From positions 9,679-73,678 of IMG/VR virus record IMGVR_UViG_3300033074_000614: a stretch of DNA of 64,000 bases. One strand, 5' to 3'. This document shows, piece after piece, positions 18,746 to 28,392 of the stretch. The position numbers were made by a program, and so were the translations under genes. Source of the DNA: a virus (Duplodnaviria; Caudoviricetes). The notes beneath the pieces are model-generated. The model made no database searches. It was not told where the DNA came from and was given only the letters and a program-made list of their open reading frames with translations. Every line of letters begins with the position of its first letter. The stretch's first letter is position 1.

Positions 18746-19078
18746 ATGAACGACGAAATTATGACAGGCCGCAACCCTTCCGCAGATCAAGCCCTCGCCC
18801 GCGACCTTGGCGTGACGCTCTCGCCAGAGCAGGATGAGGTAACGCCGCTTGTGGCGATTGGCCCCGCTGGTTACACGGTGGACGCGAGCGGTTCGCCCGT
18901 CGATATTATCCGCTCCGAGAACAATGCCTCACTTCTCGCTATCGGCTACGTCCGTGGCATCGAAGGCGTGCGCGGCGTGTTGAAGAAGTACGGCGTAGAA
19001 ATCCCGATACCCGCATTGCTTGACGTTCTTGACCTGACGATGAACAGCCGCGAGAACTCTGCGAAAGGACCGAAATGA
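18746..19078 (+). CDS. Hypothetical early protein
   Basis: Paralog of 62770 lacking its internal insertion. Confidence 0.65.
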   Translation: MNDEIMTGRNPSADQALARDLGVTLSPEQDEVTPLVAIGPAGYTVDASGSPVDIIRSENNASLLAIGYVRGIEGVRGVLKKYGVEIPIPALLDVLDLTMNSRENSAKGPK

Positions 19079-19299
19079 TCCCCGCCACCATTTACAAACA
19101 CACCCGCCTAACCGCCTCGCAGCAAGCCGAGGACCGCGCCTGCCCCGATGGCGCTCCTGACGTTGAACTGTGCGACTGCGGCGAGGTTGCAACTCTCAAG
19201 TGTGGAACTACGCCGGTGTGTTCGGCGTGCAACTTGGTCAGTGCGATTGACGAAACTGGGGTGAGGGCGGATTACGCGGAATGTGAAGGGGCGGACTGA
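19075..19299 (+). CDS. Small Cys (zinc-finger-like) protein
   Basis: CDCG...C...CSAC; near-identical paralog at 63741. Confidence 0.65.
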   Translation: MIPATIYKHTRLTASQQAEDRACPDGAPDVELCDCGEVATLKCGTTPVCSACNLVSAIDETGVRADYAECEGAD

Positions 19300-19334
19300 T
19301 GAAGCGTAGATCGTGCTTCCTGAACGAAAGCGAC
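19192..19334. repeat. Direct repeat of 63858..64000 (offset 44,666 bp)
   Basis: 143 nt with one mismatch; the match runs to the window edge. Confidence 0.95.
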
Positions 19335-19407
19335 TCGCCGGACTTAACGGTTCGGCCCGTCGATTGTGTTGAAGTGTCCAGTTGTTTTTTGAATGAAGGA
19401 GAACGAA

Positions 19408-20361
19408 ATGTTCGTAAAAGCCGAGAAGTCGCAATCGAGATTGAGGATGGCCCTGATAGCACCGAGCGGGGCGGGAAAGACCTACACCGCGCTGAAGCTC
19501 GCCAAAGAACTGGCGGGGGAGGGCAAGGTGGCGGTCATTGACAGCGAGCGGGGATCGGCGTCGAAGTACGCCGACGAGTTCGACTTCGATGTAGTAAACC
19601 TCGAATCGTTCTCGCCGGAGACTTACACCGCAGCAATTGAAGCGGCGGGTGCGGATGGCTATGCCGTGCTGATCGTGGACTCACTTACCCACGCATGGAG
19701 CGGCAAGGACGGCGCGCTTGAACAGGTTGACAAGGCTGTAGCGCGGCAACGTGGCGGGAGCGGTAACACTTTCACCGCTTGGCGCGAAGTGACACCCATG
19801 CACAACGCGCTTATCGACGCGATGCTGCGATCACCCTGTCACGTAATCGGGACGCTGCGAACCAAGACAGAGTACGTGCTTGAGGAAAACGAGAAGGGTA
19901 AGAAGGTTCCCCGCAAGGTTGGCATGGCCCCGATCCAGCGCGACGGTATGGAATACGAGTTCGACGTTGTGGCCGATATGGACATTGACCACAAGATGAT
20001 CATCAGCAAGACGCGATGCTCCGCGCTTGACGGTGGCGTATTCAAGAAGCCCGGCAAGGAAGTTGCCGACACGCTCAAGGCGTGGCTTGGTACGGGCAAG
20101 GCGATACCCACACCACCCGCGCCGACTCCAAAGGTGCTGACACCACGCGAAGAGTTTGTAACGCTCTTGGCGAAGTGGTCCGGCATCGACCCCGCCACTG
20201 ACAAGGTGGGATTCAAGGCGGCGGGAATCTCGATCATCGAAAAGTGTGGACTTGACAAAGGCGAGAAGTTGACCGACGACATGGCGACTACCGCGATCGT
20301 CAAGATCAAATCTTGGATGGAAACCAAAACCGACTTCATGGAGATTGTCAATGGACATTGA
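19408..20361 (+). CDS. AAA ATPase (Sak4/AAA_24-like recombination protein)
   Basis: Walker A APSGAGKT, Walker B LIVDSLTH, adjacent to ssb. Confidence 0.85.
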   Translation: MFVKAEKSQSRLRMALIAPSGAGKTYTALKLAKELAGEGKVAVIDSERGSASKYADEFDFDVVNLESFSPETYTAAIEAAGADGYAVLIVDSLTHAWSGKDGALEQVDKAVARQRGGSGNTFTAWREVTPMHNALIDAMLRSPCHVIGTLRTKTEYVLEENEKGKKVPRKVGMAPIQRDGMEYEFDVVADMDIDHKMIISKTRCSALDGGVFKKPGKEVADTLKAWLGTGKAIPTPPAPTPKVLTPREEFVTLLAKWSGIDPATDKVGFKAAGISIIEKCGLDKGEKLTDDMATTAIVKIKSWMETKTDFMEIVNGH

Positions 20362-20806
20362 ACTAATTAGCAAGGCTGACGAGGCTATTGCGCTCATCGA
20401 ATCCGGCGAAGCGACCCGCGAGCAGGTGGTAGCTGCAATGGCGTTCGTGGATCGACTGAGCGCGGTACGCACCAACCTCAAGACTCGACTCGATGGCGCG
20501 TGCTTGCAATGGGTGAAACAGAACGGCGAGTTCGACGACGGCGTAAAGAAGTATTACGTCGGCAAGGACAAGACGACAAAGGTTAAAGACCTGCGCCACT
20601 GTGTCCAGACCGCTATGTCTGTGCTTGATGTTGACTCATTCATCCTGTGCCTGAGTACGGGCGCGTTCAAGCCCGCCGCGACTATCAAAGCGTTCGAGGG
20701 TGCTGGACTAGACAAGGAGCAAATCGCAGAACTGTTTGATGTAACCGTGTCCGAAGATCTGAAATTCAAAGCCGTTGACAAGCGGTTTATTGGGGAGAAC
20801 GTTTGA
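20345..20806 (+). CDS. Hypothetical protein in the recombination module
   Basis: Coupled between the ATPase and ssb. Confidence 0.6.
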   Translation: MSMDIELISKADEAIALIESGEATREQVVAAMAFVDRLSAVRTNLKTRLDGACLQWVKQNGEFDDGVKKYYVGKDKTTKVKDLRHCVQTAMSVLDVDSFILCLSTGAFKPAATIKAFEGAGLDKEQIAELFDVTVSEDLKFKAVDKRFIGENV

Positions 20807-21255
20807 TGCCAAACTACAACAAAGTCATGCTCATGGGAAATCTCACACGCGATATTGAGATTCGCCACACCACCGGCAATCAAGCCGTAGCCAACCTGTC
20901 AATGGCGATTAACCGCCGCTGGCGATCCGCTGACGGTCAGGACCGCGAAGAGGTAACTTTCGTGGACTGCGAGGCGTGGGGTAAGACCGCCGAAACCCTT
21001 GCGAAGTACCTGCAAAAGGGCAGGCCGGTGTTTATTGAAGGGCGGTTGAAGCTCGACACTTGGGAGGACAAGGAAGGCAAGAAGCAAAGCAAACTGCGTG
21101 TGGTCGTTGACGGGTTCCAGTTTGTTGACAGCAAGCCGAACGGCGGCGAGGGTGAAAGCGATGCGCCCGCCGCAGACTTATCGAAGTACGACACAACGAA
21201 GGGCGTGTCGAAGCGTTCCGCGCCGACGCCGGAATCAATTGACGTTCCTTGGTAA
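20806..21255 (+). CDS. ssb: Single-stranded DNA-binding protein
   Basis: NKVMLMGNLTRDIE...EGRLKLDTW; acidic tail ending IDVPW. Confidence 0.95.
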   Translation: MPNYNKVMLMGNLTRDIEIRHTTGNQAVANLSMAINRRWRSADGQDREEVTFVDCEAWGKTAETLAKYLQKGRPVFIEGRLKLDTWEDKEGKKQSKLRVVVDGFQFVDSKPNGGEGESDAPAADLSKYDTTKGVSKRSAPTPESIDVPW

Positions 21256-21305
21256 GAAATAACCCACCGCGCAAGCGGCAGCCCTATGGGCGGAAAGTAG
21301 GAAGC

Positions 21306-21659
21306 ATGAAAGATATTACCGTTCAGAGAACAGCCTTGGTTGCGATCCTCAAAGAGAACCGGAAGAAACACGAGGACGCCTACACGTCGGCACTCGCTGC
21401 ATATCGCGCCGCCGCGATTCAGGAACTCAAGAACAATTTGGCGACCGCTCAGAGCAACGGCCCGATTGTTCGACGACTGGAAGCTTGCGAACCGCAAACA
21501 TTCGTCAAGGACTACAACCGCGCTATCGGGATGCTTGAGCTTTGCACTGATGATGAGATCGAACTGAGCGAACACGACTACTCGCAATTCGTTGAGGACC
21601 AGTGGGGATGGTCTGGACAATTTGCGACAACCACGATGAGCTACAACGCAAAGACATAG
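21306..21659 (+). CDS. Conserved helical phage protein
   Basis: LKENRKKHE...DYNRAIGMLE...DQWGW pattern. Confidence 0.65.
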   Translation: MKDITVQRTALVAILKENRKKHEDAYTSALAAYRAAAIQELKNNLATAQSNGPIVRRLEACEPQTFVKDYNRAIGMLELCTDDEIELSEHDYSQFVEDQWGWSGQFATTTMSYNAKT

Positions 21660-21998
21660 GAACAGGTGGCCCGTTCCTGTCAGCGAGCCGACTGCATCGG
21701 CCAGACGTTTGGTGTTCATTGACGCGAGGGAATAGACCTCGTGACAGCCGGGAAAGACCGGCTTGCTTGCGTGAAACTCCAAAGTTTTCCCATTTGAAAG
21801 GGGGCCAGCCATGAAGACTAAGTAACAGCTTGCAAGCTAAATGCAATTAGGAATGCCTCTGGATTAATTAGTGTTTCGGTTTACGGCCACTGGACCGCAT
21901 CCAGACCGCTAAGCGGCGCACCGCGACTTTCCCCGCACTGGGTATGTGCAACCCGCCGAAGTCCAACGCACCGCGTCGGATGCTGAGTAGGCGGGATT

Positions 21999-22126
21999 GG
22001 GGTGTCAGCTTGGACGGTGACAAGCAACGCGGTGTAGAGCCGGGCTTAATGCCTACCTCCTTTTGCGAGGGCGTGATGGTCGGATGAACGACACGGTCAT
22101 AGCGGGTTCAATTCCTGCCCACCCCA
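21999..22126 (+). ncRNA. Oversized tRNA-like element (128 nt)
   Basis: GGGGTG/CACCCC acceptor stem, GCTTG/CAAGC D-like arm, GCGGG-TTCAATT-CCTGC T arm; ~76 nt between D and T arms; no encoded CCA. Confidence 0.5.
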
Positions 22127-22143
22127 TTCTCTCTCTTCTCTCG

Positions 22144-22176
22144 CCCCCGGCTCGACCAACGCCGACCGGGGGTTTT
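22144..22176 (+). terminator. Terminator-like hairpin
   Basis: CCCCCGG...CCGGGGG followed by TTTT, just before AAGGAG SD. Confidence 0.6.
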
Positions 22177-22189
22177 AAGGAGCCTCACG

Positions 22190-23224
22190 ATGAACAAGAT
22201 TGATCTTTACAACAGAGCGATTGGGATACTCACAGAAGTTCAGGCACTGCGCGATTTACTTGAGCCTGACGCGAAGGCCGCTGATCCTGTGATTGGTTGG
22301 GTCGCGTGGACGCCCGTTGGATACATCTACGGCGACGACGGGAAGGTCTGCAACGATATTTCAGTCGCGCGAATCTACACCACAGAGGAAGCCGCTGTTC
22401 GCAATACGCGAATGTTCCCAAACGGTCGCGCGGTGAAAGTCCACGTTACGCCAACCGGTTGGAAAGAAGTCGATCCTGTGCCCGCAACTCCCGCGAAGGT
22501 GGAAGCTGGCGCGGCGAAGGTTGAGACTCGCCCGGTGTTCACTTTCGAGCGCGGGGACGTGGTGACGAAAGGAAACACAAACCATTTTCTTTGGCGGGAT
22601 GGAAAGTGGGCTTATTTCAACAACGCACACAACTTTGTTACGCCAGTGGTTTTTGGAGGCGGAACATTTCGCTCCCCGTCAGAAGTTGATCTGACCAATG
22701 AACAGGTCGTCGCCCACCTCAACAAGCATGGTTGGGACGCGAAGTTCCCGGAAGACACCCCCGCAAGCGACTCTGTGAAGGGGGAGAGGGATCGGCATGG
22801 GCGCGAGATTGTGAACCGCGAGGGTCACGCGATGGTGGTGAGGACAGAAGAAGACGATCGACCATATTTGGTCGTTGATGGTGATATGTGGTGGGACGGA
22901 ATCAAGTGGGATTTTGATGTATCAAAAAGCGTGGGGTGTTTCACTCTTGATGAAGCCATGACCGCACTCACCCTTGCCGCCGCCACACCCCTCCCCACAC
23001 CTTCGCCCGCAGCGAGTGAGGCGAGTGAGGACATTACCGACTACGCATGGAACAAGATCGGCAAACACACGAACGGCGAGTCGTTTCTGTACGGCGCGTT
23101 TCGTGGAATGCTCGGACAGATTGACAAACTCAAAGAACAGAATCAATCGCTCACCGCCGACCTCGAACGCTACCGCGTGAGGCTTGCGAGTTTGGAAGCT
23201 AAGTTAAATAAGGGGAACGCATGA
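22190..23224 (+). CDS. Hypothetical protein (344 aa)
   Basis: Strong AAGGAG SD; no family recognised. Confidence 0.7.
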   Translation: MNKIDLYNRAIGILTEVQALRDLLEPDAKAADPVIGWVAWTPVGYIYGDDGKVCNDISVARIYTTEEAAVRNTRMFPNGRAVKVHVTPTGWKEVDPVPATPAKVEAGAAKVETRPVFTFERGDVVTKGNTNHFLWRDGKWAYFNNAHNFVTPVVFGGGTFRSPSEVDLTNEQVVAHLNKHGWDAKFPEDTPASDSVKGERDRHGREIVNREGHAMVVRTEEDDRPYLVVDGDMWWDGIKWDFDVSKSVGCFTLDEAMTALTLAAATPLPTPSPAASEASEDITDYAWNKIGKHTNGESFLYGAFRGMLGQIDKLKEQNQSLTADLERYRVRLASLEAKLNKGNA

Positions 23225-23640
23225 AAGACGAGTTAAAAACCATGTTGAAGTACCTTGAGAAAATGGAGCGCGAGTGCCGCGAGAAGGCTGCAAGCGATGC
23301 GAAGGGAACGTGCTACCACTCCGCCGCATCGTTTGACGATCAGGCGTTGGCATATCGCACGGCTGGATTCTTTGCCTCACAACTTCTCGCCGCCCGCAAA
23401 CCCGCTCGCACTCGCAAGACCGCCAAAGGCGGGGGGGAAGAAATGAGAACTGTAATTTGGCTAGTCGCCAGAACCATCGTCGCCACGGTTTGCACTTTCG
23501 CAACCATCGGATCAATTGCCACAGGTGATACGGGTTGGGCGTGGTGTCACGGAATCTTGGCACTGTTGAACGTACTTGCCGCAGTGGATGACGTGAGGAT
23601 CATCAAGGGGCGACTCGCAGAACAGTCGAGGGCGAACTAA
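23221..23640 (+). CDS. Hypothetical protein, possibly two genes fused across a G7 tract
   Basis: Soluble N half and two-TM C half joined at GGGGGGGAAGAAATGA. Confidence 0.55.
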   Translation: MKDELKTMLKYLEKMERECREKAASDAKGTCYHSAASFDDQALAYRTAGFFASQLLAARKPARTRKTAKGGGEEMRTVIWLVARTIVATVCTFATIGSIATGDTGWAWCHGILALLNVLAAVDDVRIIKGRLAEQSRAN

Positions 23641-24011
23641 TGGCAAGTGTCACCATCGAAATGGCGCACCCGCCGCGATGCCTGTCGCCAAACGGACGGG
23701 CGCACTGGGGGCAGAAGGCGAAGGAAGGCAAGGCGTTTCGCACATTCGCAAGGTACAAATTCAACAAGGCCAGATTGGACCAAACAGTTTGGACCCGCGC
23801 CAGAATGACAATCACTTGGTATCACAAGACATCCCGCTTCCCCGATTCCGACAACGTGATCGGCTCGTGCAAGTGGATCAGGGATGGAATCGCCGACACT
23901 GGCATCGTTGCCAACGACCGGGACATTACGGATATTCGCGTCTTGTTTGTGAAGGACAAGGCGAGGCCGAGGGTTGAGATAACGCTTGAGGAAATTAAGG
24001 AGGCGGCGTAA
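23640..24011 (+). CDS. rusA: RusA-like Holliday junction resolvase
   Basis: SPNGRAHW and PDSDN...K...DGIADTGIVANDR catalytic pattern. Confidence 0.8.
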   Translation: MASVTIEMAHPPRCLSPNGRAHWGQKAKEGKAFRTFARYKFNKARLDQTVWTRARMTITWYHKTSRFPDSDNVIGSCKWIRDGIADTGIVANDRDITDIRVLFVKDKARPRVEITLEEIKEAA

Positions 24012-24334
24012 TGCTCGTACTGACCCGTCAACCAGGCGGCGGCCTCATCCTCAAACTGGAGGACGGTCGCAAGATCAGGATCAAAGTCGTCGGCGTGGAC
24101 TCATGCCAACGGGTGCGACTCGGCATCGACGCGCCAAAGTCGATCAACGTGCTACGCGACGAGGTGAAGGATACGGGGGTGCAGGTTGCTAACCGTGAAA
24201 ATCTTACTTCCGAACGACTTATGCACATCCGAATGAGTTATCCACAATCGTACGAATTTTGCAGTGAATTGTGCCTGAAACTTGCACTCAAAGAAAGATT
24301 TTGTTATAATCCGGTAGACCAAGTTTCGAGATGA
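24011..24334 (+). CDS. csrA: CsrA/RsmA-like translational regulator
   Basis: MLVLTR.PG..LIL....I.IKVV....RVRLGIDAPKSINVLRDEV. Confidence 0.9.
   Translation: MLVLTRQPGGGLILKLEDGRKIRIKVVGVDSCQRVRLGIDAPKSINVLRDEVKDTGVQVANRENLTSERLMHIRMSYPQSYEFCSELCLKLALKERFCYNPVDQVSR
24282..24310 (+). promoter_or_regulatory. Near-consensus sigma70 promoter for the replication genes
   Basis: TTGCAC-N17-TATAAT with extended TG, inside the csrA 3' end. Confidence 0.8.
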
Positions 24335-24366
24335 TGAATGCGTAAACCTTACCTCGACAATCTAAC

Positions 24367-24435
24367 CCTCTGCCCCATCGAGCTTGGTCGCTACGCATTC
24401 GTGTGTATCCCTTCGGGGAACGTCCGGGGCAGAGG
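24367..24435 (+). promoter_or_regulatory. Structured 5' leader of the replication initiator
   Basis: 10-bp stem CCTCTGCCCC/GGGGCAGAGG enclosing two UUCG-loop hairpins. Confidence 0.6.
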
Positions 24436-24461
24436 CTTTGATTGCCGCGTGGAGACATGGA

Positions 24462-25340
24462 TTGTCTAAACCAACCTACATCCCAATTCACTACCAGCCG
24501 TTCATTTCAGACGATCGCGTTCAACTCATGGACGCTGAGCAGGTCGGCGCGTACTTGTTGCTGATGATCGCAGCATGGCAAGGCGACCCACCGTGCAGCC
24601 TGCCAGACAATGAAGCGATGCTCGCAAAGTGGGCGCGTACCAAGTTGCCGCGATGGTCGAAGATCGGTCCTGCCGTTATGGAGTGTTGGCGGCTTGAGAA
24701 TGGCCGCTGGTATCAAGACCGTTTGGCGGCGGAATATTCCAAGTCGATCAAGAGAATGGAGATTGCTCGCAACAACGGAAAGGGCGGCGGACGACCCGGA
24801 AAAAATAACCCAGCGGGTTTACAAAAAGAACCCAGCGGGTTAGCAGATGGTTTACCAGAAATAACCCAACGGGATAGCAGCCGGTTTTCTACAGTAAATC
24901 ATGAGATTGGGAGATTGGGAGATTCTTCAGAAAAGACACCCAAACCCAAAACCCCGCAGGCGGCTACGCCGCTGCTGAGCGATCTCGTTTGGGAGCAATG
25001 CAACTGGCGCAAGGAGGCCAAGGGCAAGGCATACCCCGCGATCGTCAAGGCCATCGGCAAAGTCGCCAACGCCCGGCGATGCACGCCAGAGCAAGCCGCG
25101 CAGTACATCGCGGACAAGGCGGCACAGTACACCAAAGCGACCGAATCGACCGAGCGGCGTTTCAGGCCGCTGCCCGCGAGTTGGATCAATGCCGAGCGGT
25201 ACGATGACGATCCCGCAGACTGGGCCGCGTCCTACGCCCCGCCATTGTCCAGCAAAGAGCAAGCCCAACGTGCCCGCGAATCACGCGAGCCGGAAGAGAA
25301 AATCAAACTTCCAGTGTTCAACTACGGAGAAACAGCATGA
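24462..25340 (+). CDS. Replication initiator, DUF1376/YdaU-like N-terminus
   Basis: FISD..VQLMDAEQVGAYLLLMIAAWQ...LPD motif; TTG start after GGAG; followed by a loader. Confidence 0.8.
   Translation: MSKPTYIPIHYQPFISDDRVQLMDAEQVGAYLLLMIAAWQGDPPCSLPDNEAMLAKWARTKLPRWSKIGPAVMECWRLENGRWYQDRLAAEYSKSIKRMEIARNNGKGGGRPGKNNPAGLQKEPSGLADGLPEITQRDSSRFSTVNHEIGRLGDSSEKTPKPKTPQAATPLLSDLVWEQCNWRKEAKGKAYPAIVKAIGKVANARRCTPEQAAQYIADKAAQYTKATESTERRFRPLPASWINAERYDDDPADWAASYAPPLSSKEQAQRARESREPEEKIKLPVFNYGETA
24807..24875. repeat. Iteron-like palindromic repeats (putative origin)
   Basis: AACCCAGCGGGTT at 24807 and 24829 (22 bp apart); AACCCAACGGGAT at 24863; A-rich spacers inside the initiator gene. Confidence 0.6.
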
Positions 25341-25924
25341 GTCTTACATCCACCATTCCAGTCTCGGTCGAGGGCATCTTGCGCCGCAGCCGCATCCCCG
25401 AACTTCACCTGCAACACCAGCACGCTTGGGGGGAACACGCAAAGTACGACGCGGCAATGACCCACCTTTCCAGTGCGATCAGCCGTGAAAAGTTGTGCGT
25501 TCTCATCGGAGGGAGGGGTACGGGAAAAACTCAAATGGTTGCGCTGTACGCAAGGCGACTTGCCGAACTGTGGAGCGGGATGCAGGCCGAAGACACTCCG
25601 ATCGTCTACAGGACCGCGAAAGAAATGTTGGCCGAAATCCGCATAGGCATCAACGAAACGGGCCAGATGCCAGACCGGTTCGTTAAGGCGAGACTGTTGA
25701 TCGTTGACGAAATCCAGGTGCGGAGCGAAACCGAAGACCAGCGCGACAACCTGACGCTGTTGATCGACAAGCGATACGGCGCGATGAAGGCGACGGTATT
25801 GATCGGGAACTTAAAGCAAGACGAATTGCAGGCCGCGCTTGGGGCGTCGATCTGTGACCGCGTGCGTGATGGCGGGTGTGTAATCCCGTTCACTTGGCAG
25901 AGTTTTCGGGGAGTCGCATCGTGA
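25337..25924 (+). CDS. DnaC/IstB-like helicase loader ATPase
   Basis: Walker A GGRGTGKT, LLIVDE, IDKRY....T.LI.N, ICDRV. Confidence 0.88.
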   Translation: MSLTSTIPVSVEGILRRSRIPELHLQHQHAWGEHAKYDAAMTHLSSAISREKLCVLIGGRGTGKTQMVALYARRLAELWSGMQAEDTPIVYRTAKEMLAEIRIGINETGQMPDRFVKARLLIVDEIQVRSETEDQRDNLTLLIDKRYGAMKATVLIGNLKQDELQAALGASICDRVRDGGCVIPFTWQSFRGVAS

Positions 25925-25970
25925 AGCGAAACGAGTTTGAAATGGTTCTTAGCAACGGAAGGAAGTCGGC

Positions 25971-26966
25971 ATGAGCAATTCTCCTCGCATTATCATCGGC
26001 GACTGCCGCGACGTTCTGCCAACCTTGCCCGATCAGTCCGTGCATTGCTGCGTGACAAGTCCGCCATACTTCGGGCTGCGGGATTACGGAGTGGATGGGC
26101 AGATCGGATTAGAACCCACACCGGATGATTTCGTGGGAGAGATGGTCAAGGTGTTCCGCGAAGTGCGGCGGGTTCTCCGCGAAGATGGGACGCTCTGGTT
26201 GAACCTTGGGGACTCGTACGCCACCGGCACAACCGCAGGACGCCAGCAGTCACCAAATCCCGGTGTCGGCGCAAACAACCCCGATGCACAGAACAGCGTC
26301 GCCAGAATCGGAACGCCGGACGGACTCAAGACCAAAGACCTCATCGGCATCCCTTGGCGCGTCGCGTTCGCATTGCAGGCGGATGGTTGGTATCTTCGGC
26401 AGGACATCATTTGGGCCAAGCCGAACCCCATGCCGGAATCAGTGACCGATCGGTGTACCAAGTCGCATGAATATATCTTCATGCTGTCGAAGTCGGCGCG
26501 GTACTACTACGACTCTGACGCGATCAAAGAACCGGCGATCTATGCGGAGCTGGGGTACAAAGACGCCGAGACTTACGCGGGCAAGCATCACAAGACTGAC
26601 AAGCAGCGGGGCCACTCTCGCCGCCATGCGGGTTTCAGCGACCGTTGGGACTCGATGAGCCGAGAGGAACAGTGTTCAGGAACCCGCAATAAGCGCGACG
26701 TTTGGACGGTGGCAACTAAGCCCTTCCCCGATGCACACTTCGCAACCTTCCCGCCAAAGCTGATTGAGCCGTGCATATTGGCGGGATGTCCTATCGGTGG
26801 CACAGTGTTGGATCCGTTCAACGGCGCGGGAACTACCGGACTTGTCAGCGTCAAGCATGGCCGCAAGTACATCGGCGTCGAGCTGAACCCGGAGTATGCG
26901 GCGATGGCTGAGAAGCGAATCGCGCGGCACATGGACGGGACATTGGAATACGGAGCGGCATCATGA
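25971..26966 (+). CDS. DNA methyltransferase (beta class, SPPY, N4-C/N6-A type)
   Basis: TSPPYF ... HFATFP ... VLDPFNGAGTT. Confidence 0.93.
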   Translation: MSNSPRIIIGDCRDVLPTLPDQSVHCCVTSPPYFGLRDYGVDGQIGLEPTPDDFVGEMVKVFREVRRVLREDGTLWLNLGDSYATGTTAGRQQSPNPGVGANNPDAQNSVARIGTPDGLKTKDLIGIPWRVAFALQADGWYLRQDIIWAKPNPMPESVTDRCTKSHEYIFMLSKSARYYYDSDAIKEPAIYAELGYKDAETYAGKHHKTDKQRGHSRRHAGFSDRWDSMSREEQCSGTRNKRDVWTVATKPFPDAHFATFPPKLIEPCILAGCPIGGTVLDPFNGAGTTGLVSVKHGRKYIGVELNPEYAAMAEKRIARHMDGTLEYGAAS

Positions 26967-28392
26967 CTCACTCGACCGCGCGCGTAGCTCGATCGACTCA
27001 AGGGCCGGGAATCTTTGACACCGGCCTGAGAGTCGCGCGAGGTGCAGCATGAGCAAGGCAGTTGGAAATTTGGAGGAAGTATGACTTTTGACACTAGTAA
27101 GATTGACGAGTGGGATTTGGATACGTGCCGGGATTGGCTGGCGATGAAAGCGGGGTGGGTAGAAACCACGCCTTCGATGCTGGATGGACAGGCCGTGCCT
27201 CTTGGATCGGAATGGCATCGACCAACCGTCAACGGATCACCCGGTTCTTTGACGTGGTGTATCCACCCAATTCCCGCAACTTTTGACGAGGCGGCGAAGC
27301 TGCCGGAGGGGACGCGGTGGCATGGCGGTACTACGTACAGCTCGATGACTGAAAAAATAACTGGATACGAGTGTCGGTCATTAACGACTTGGAAACAAGG
27401 CAACGCCTGCGCTTTCAAAGAATCAAGTGCGTCCGGCGACACTGAACTCCTCGCCCGCTTCCGCCTTCGCTGCAAAGTCGAATCCCGTCCACACTGAGGC
27501 GTCTCGCTTCACTCGACGGGCGAGAACCGACCTCGCCCGGAGAGTCAATCGAGAATAACCGCACCTGAGATGGTGCATACCTCGCAACCGCGAGTTTACT
27601 GAGAGGGTAGTGATGACAGCAATTTGGCGACAAATGACCGACGACGAGAAGCGTGCAGCACTTGCACTTGAGCGGGTGCGGTTCCCCGTGGCCTCGCCGC
27701 CTAAGCGACTTGCGCGGAGTCTGGTGGCACAGGCGAAGCAAGCGGCACCGGAAATCACCGACAATCAAGCGGCGTCAATGTGGGGCATCGTAAATCGTTT
27801 CAGGCGGCAGATAGCGGGAGACATTGTGAAACTTGCACCTGCCGCATCGTCCAGCCCCAAAGCGGGCGGGGAGGCCAAATGAACGTACCCGAAATTTACG
27901 CGAGAGTTTGCGCGGTTTGCCCGGAGGCGAGGGTGAAGGAACTAGGCCGCGAAAAGTTCCTTGGTGAATACTGGACATACTTAGGCGAGTCGATCCATTA
28001 CCGTTTAGCGGGATCCCTCATCGAATCCGCCTGGACGAATCTGCTCAAGCCGTACCACATGCTCCATAAAGACCTGAACGGCGAGTGGGCGATCGTCGTT
28101 ATTCTGTCGAGTCACAACGGCACGCCGCCGCCAAACCCATTCCGCTACGTTGTGAAGTCACACCAAACCAGACTCGAAACACTTGAGGCGTACATCATGG
28201 CAGAACTTGCACCGGAACAAAGGAGCGGGAAGTGAGAGAGAATATTGAAATTGTGAAGGCGATCATTCTGTCCGTCGCAAGTGCGATGCGAGCGAACGCT
28301 CTCATTGCAACCAAAAAGAAAATGCCGGACGTTGCATTGATCTTGCAAACAGAATGCAACAACCTCGAAAACGCATATCAGGAACTCGACCA

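Larger units (their letters stand above)
21660..22176 (+). ncRNA. Candidate large structured non-coding RNA
   Basis: ~515-nt gap with no convincing ORF and many stacked hairpins; ends in a tRNA-like fold and a terminator. Confidence 0.5.

Noticed and set aside
19299-19541. ORF with SCFLNE twice
   Set aside because: Overlaps the SD and start of the ATPase; the two-copy hexapeptide could be chance, and I cannot support it as a gene.
21999-22126. Canonical tRNA or tmRNA gene
   Set aside because: Too long for a tRNA, with no U33-type anticodon loop; too short for tmRNA, with no G3-U70 pair or tag ORF. Kept only as tRNA-like.
24359-24368. ATCTAACCC shared with the 31-bp boundary repeat as a boxA-like signal
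   Set aside because: Only 9-10 nt, and in one boundary copy it simply contains the stop codon; insufficient evidence.
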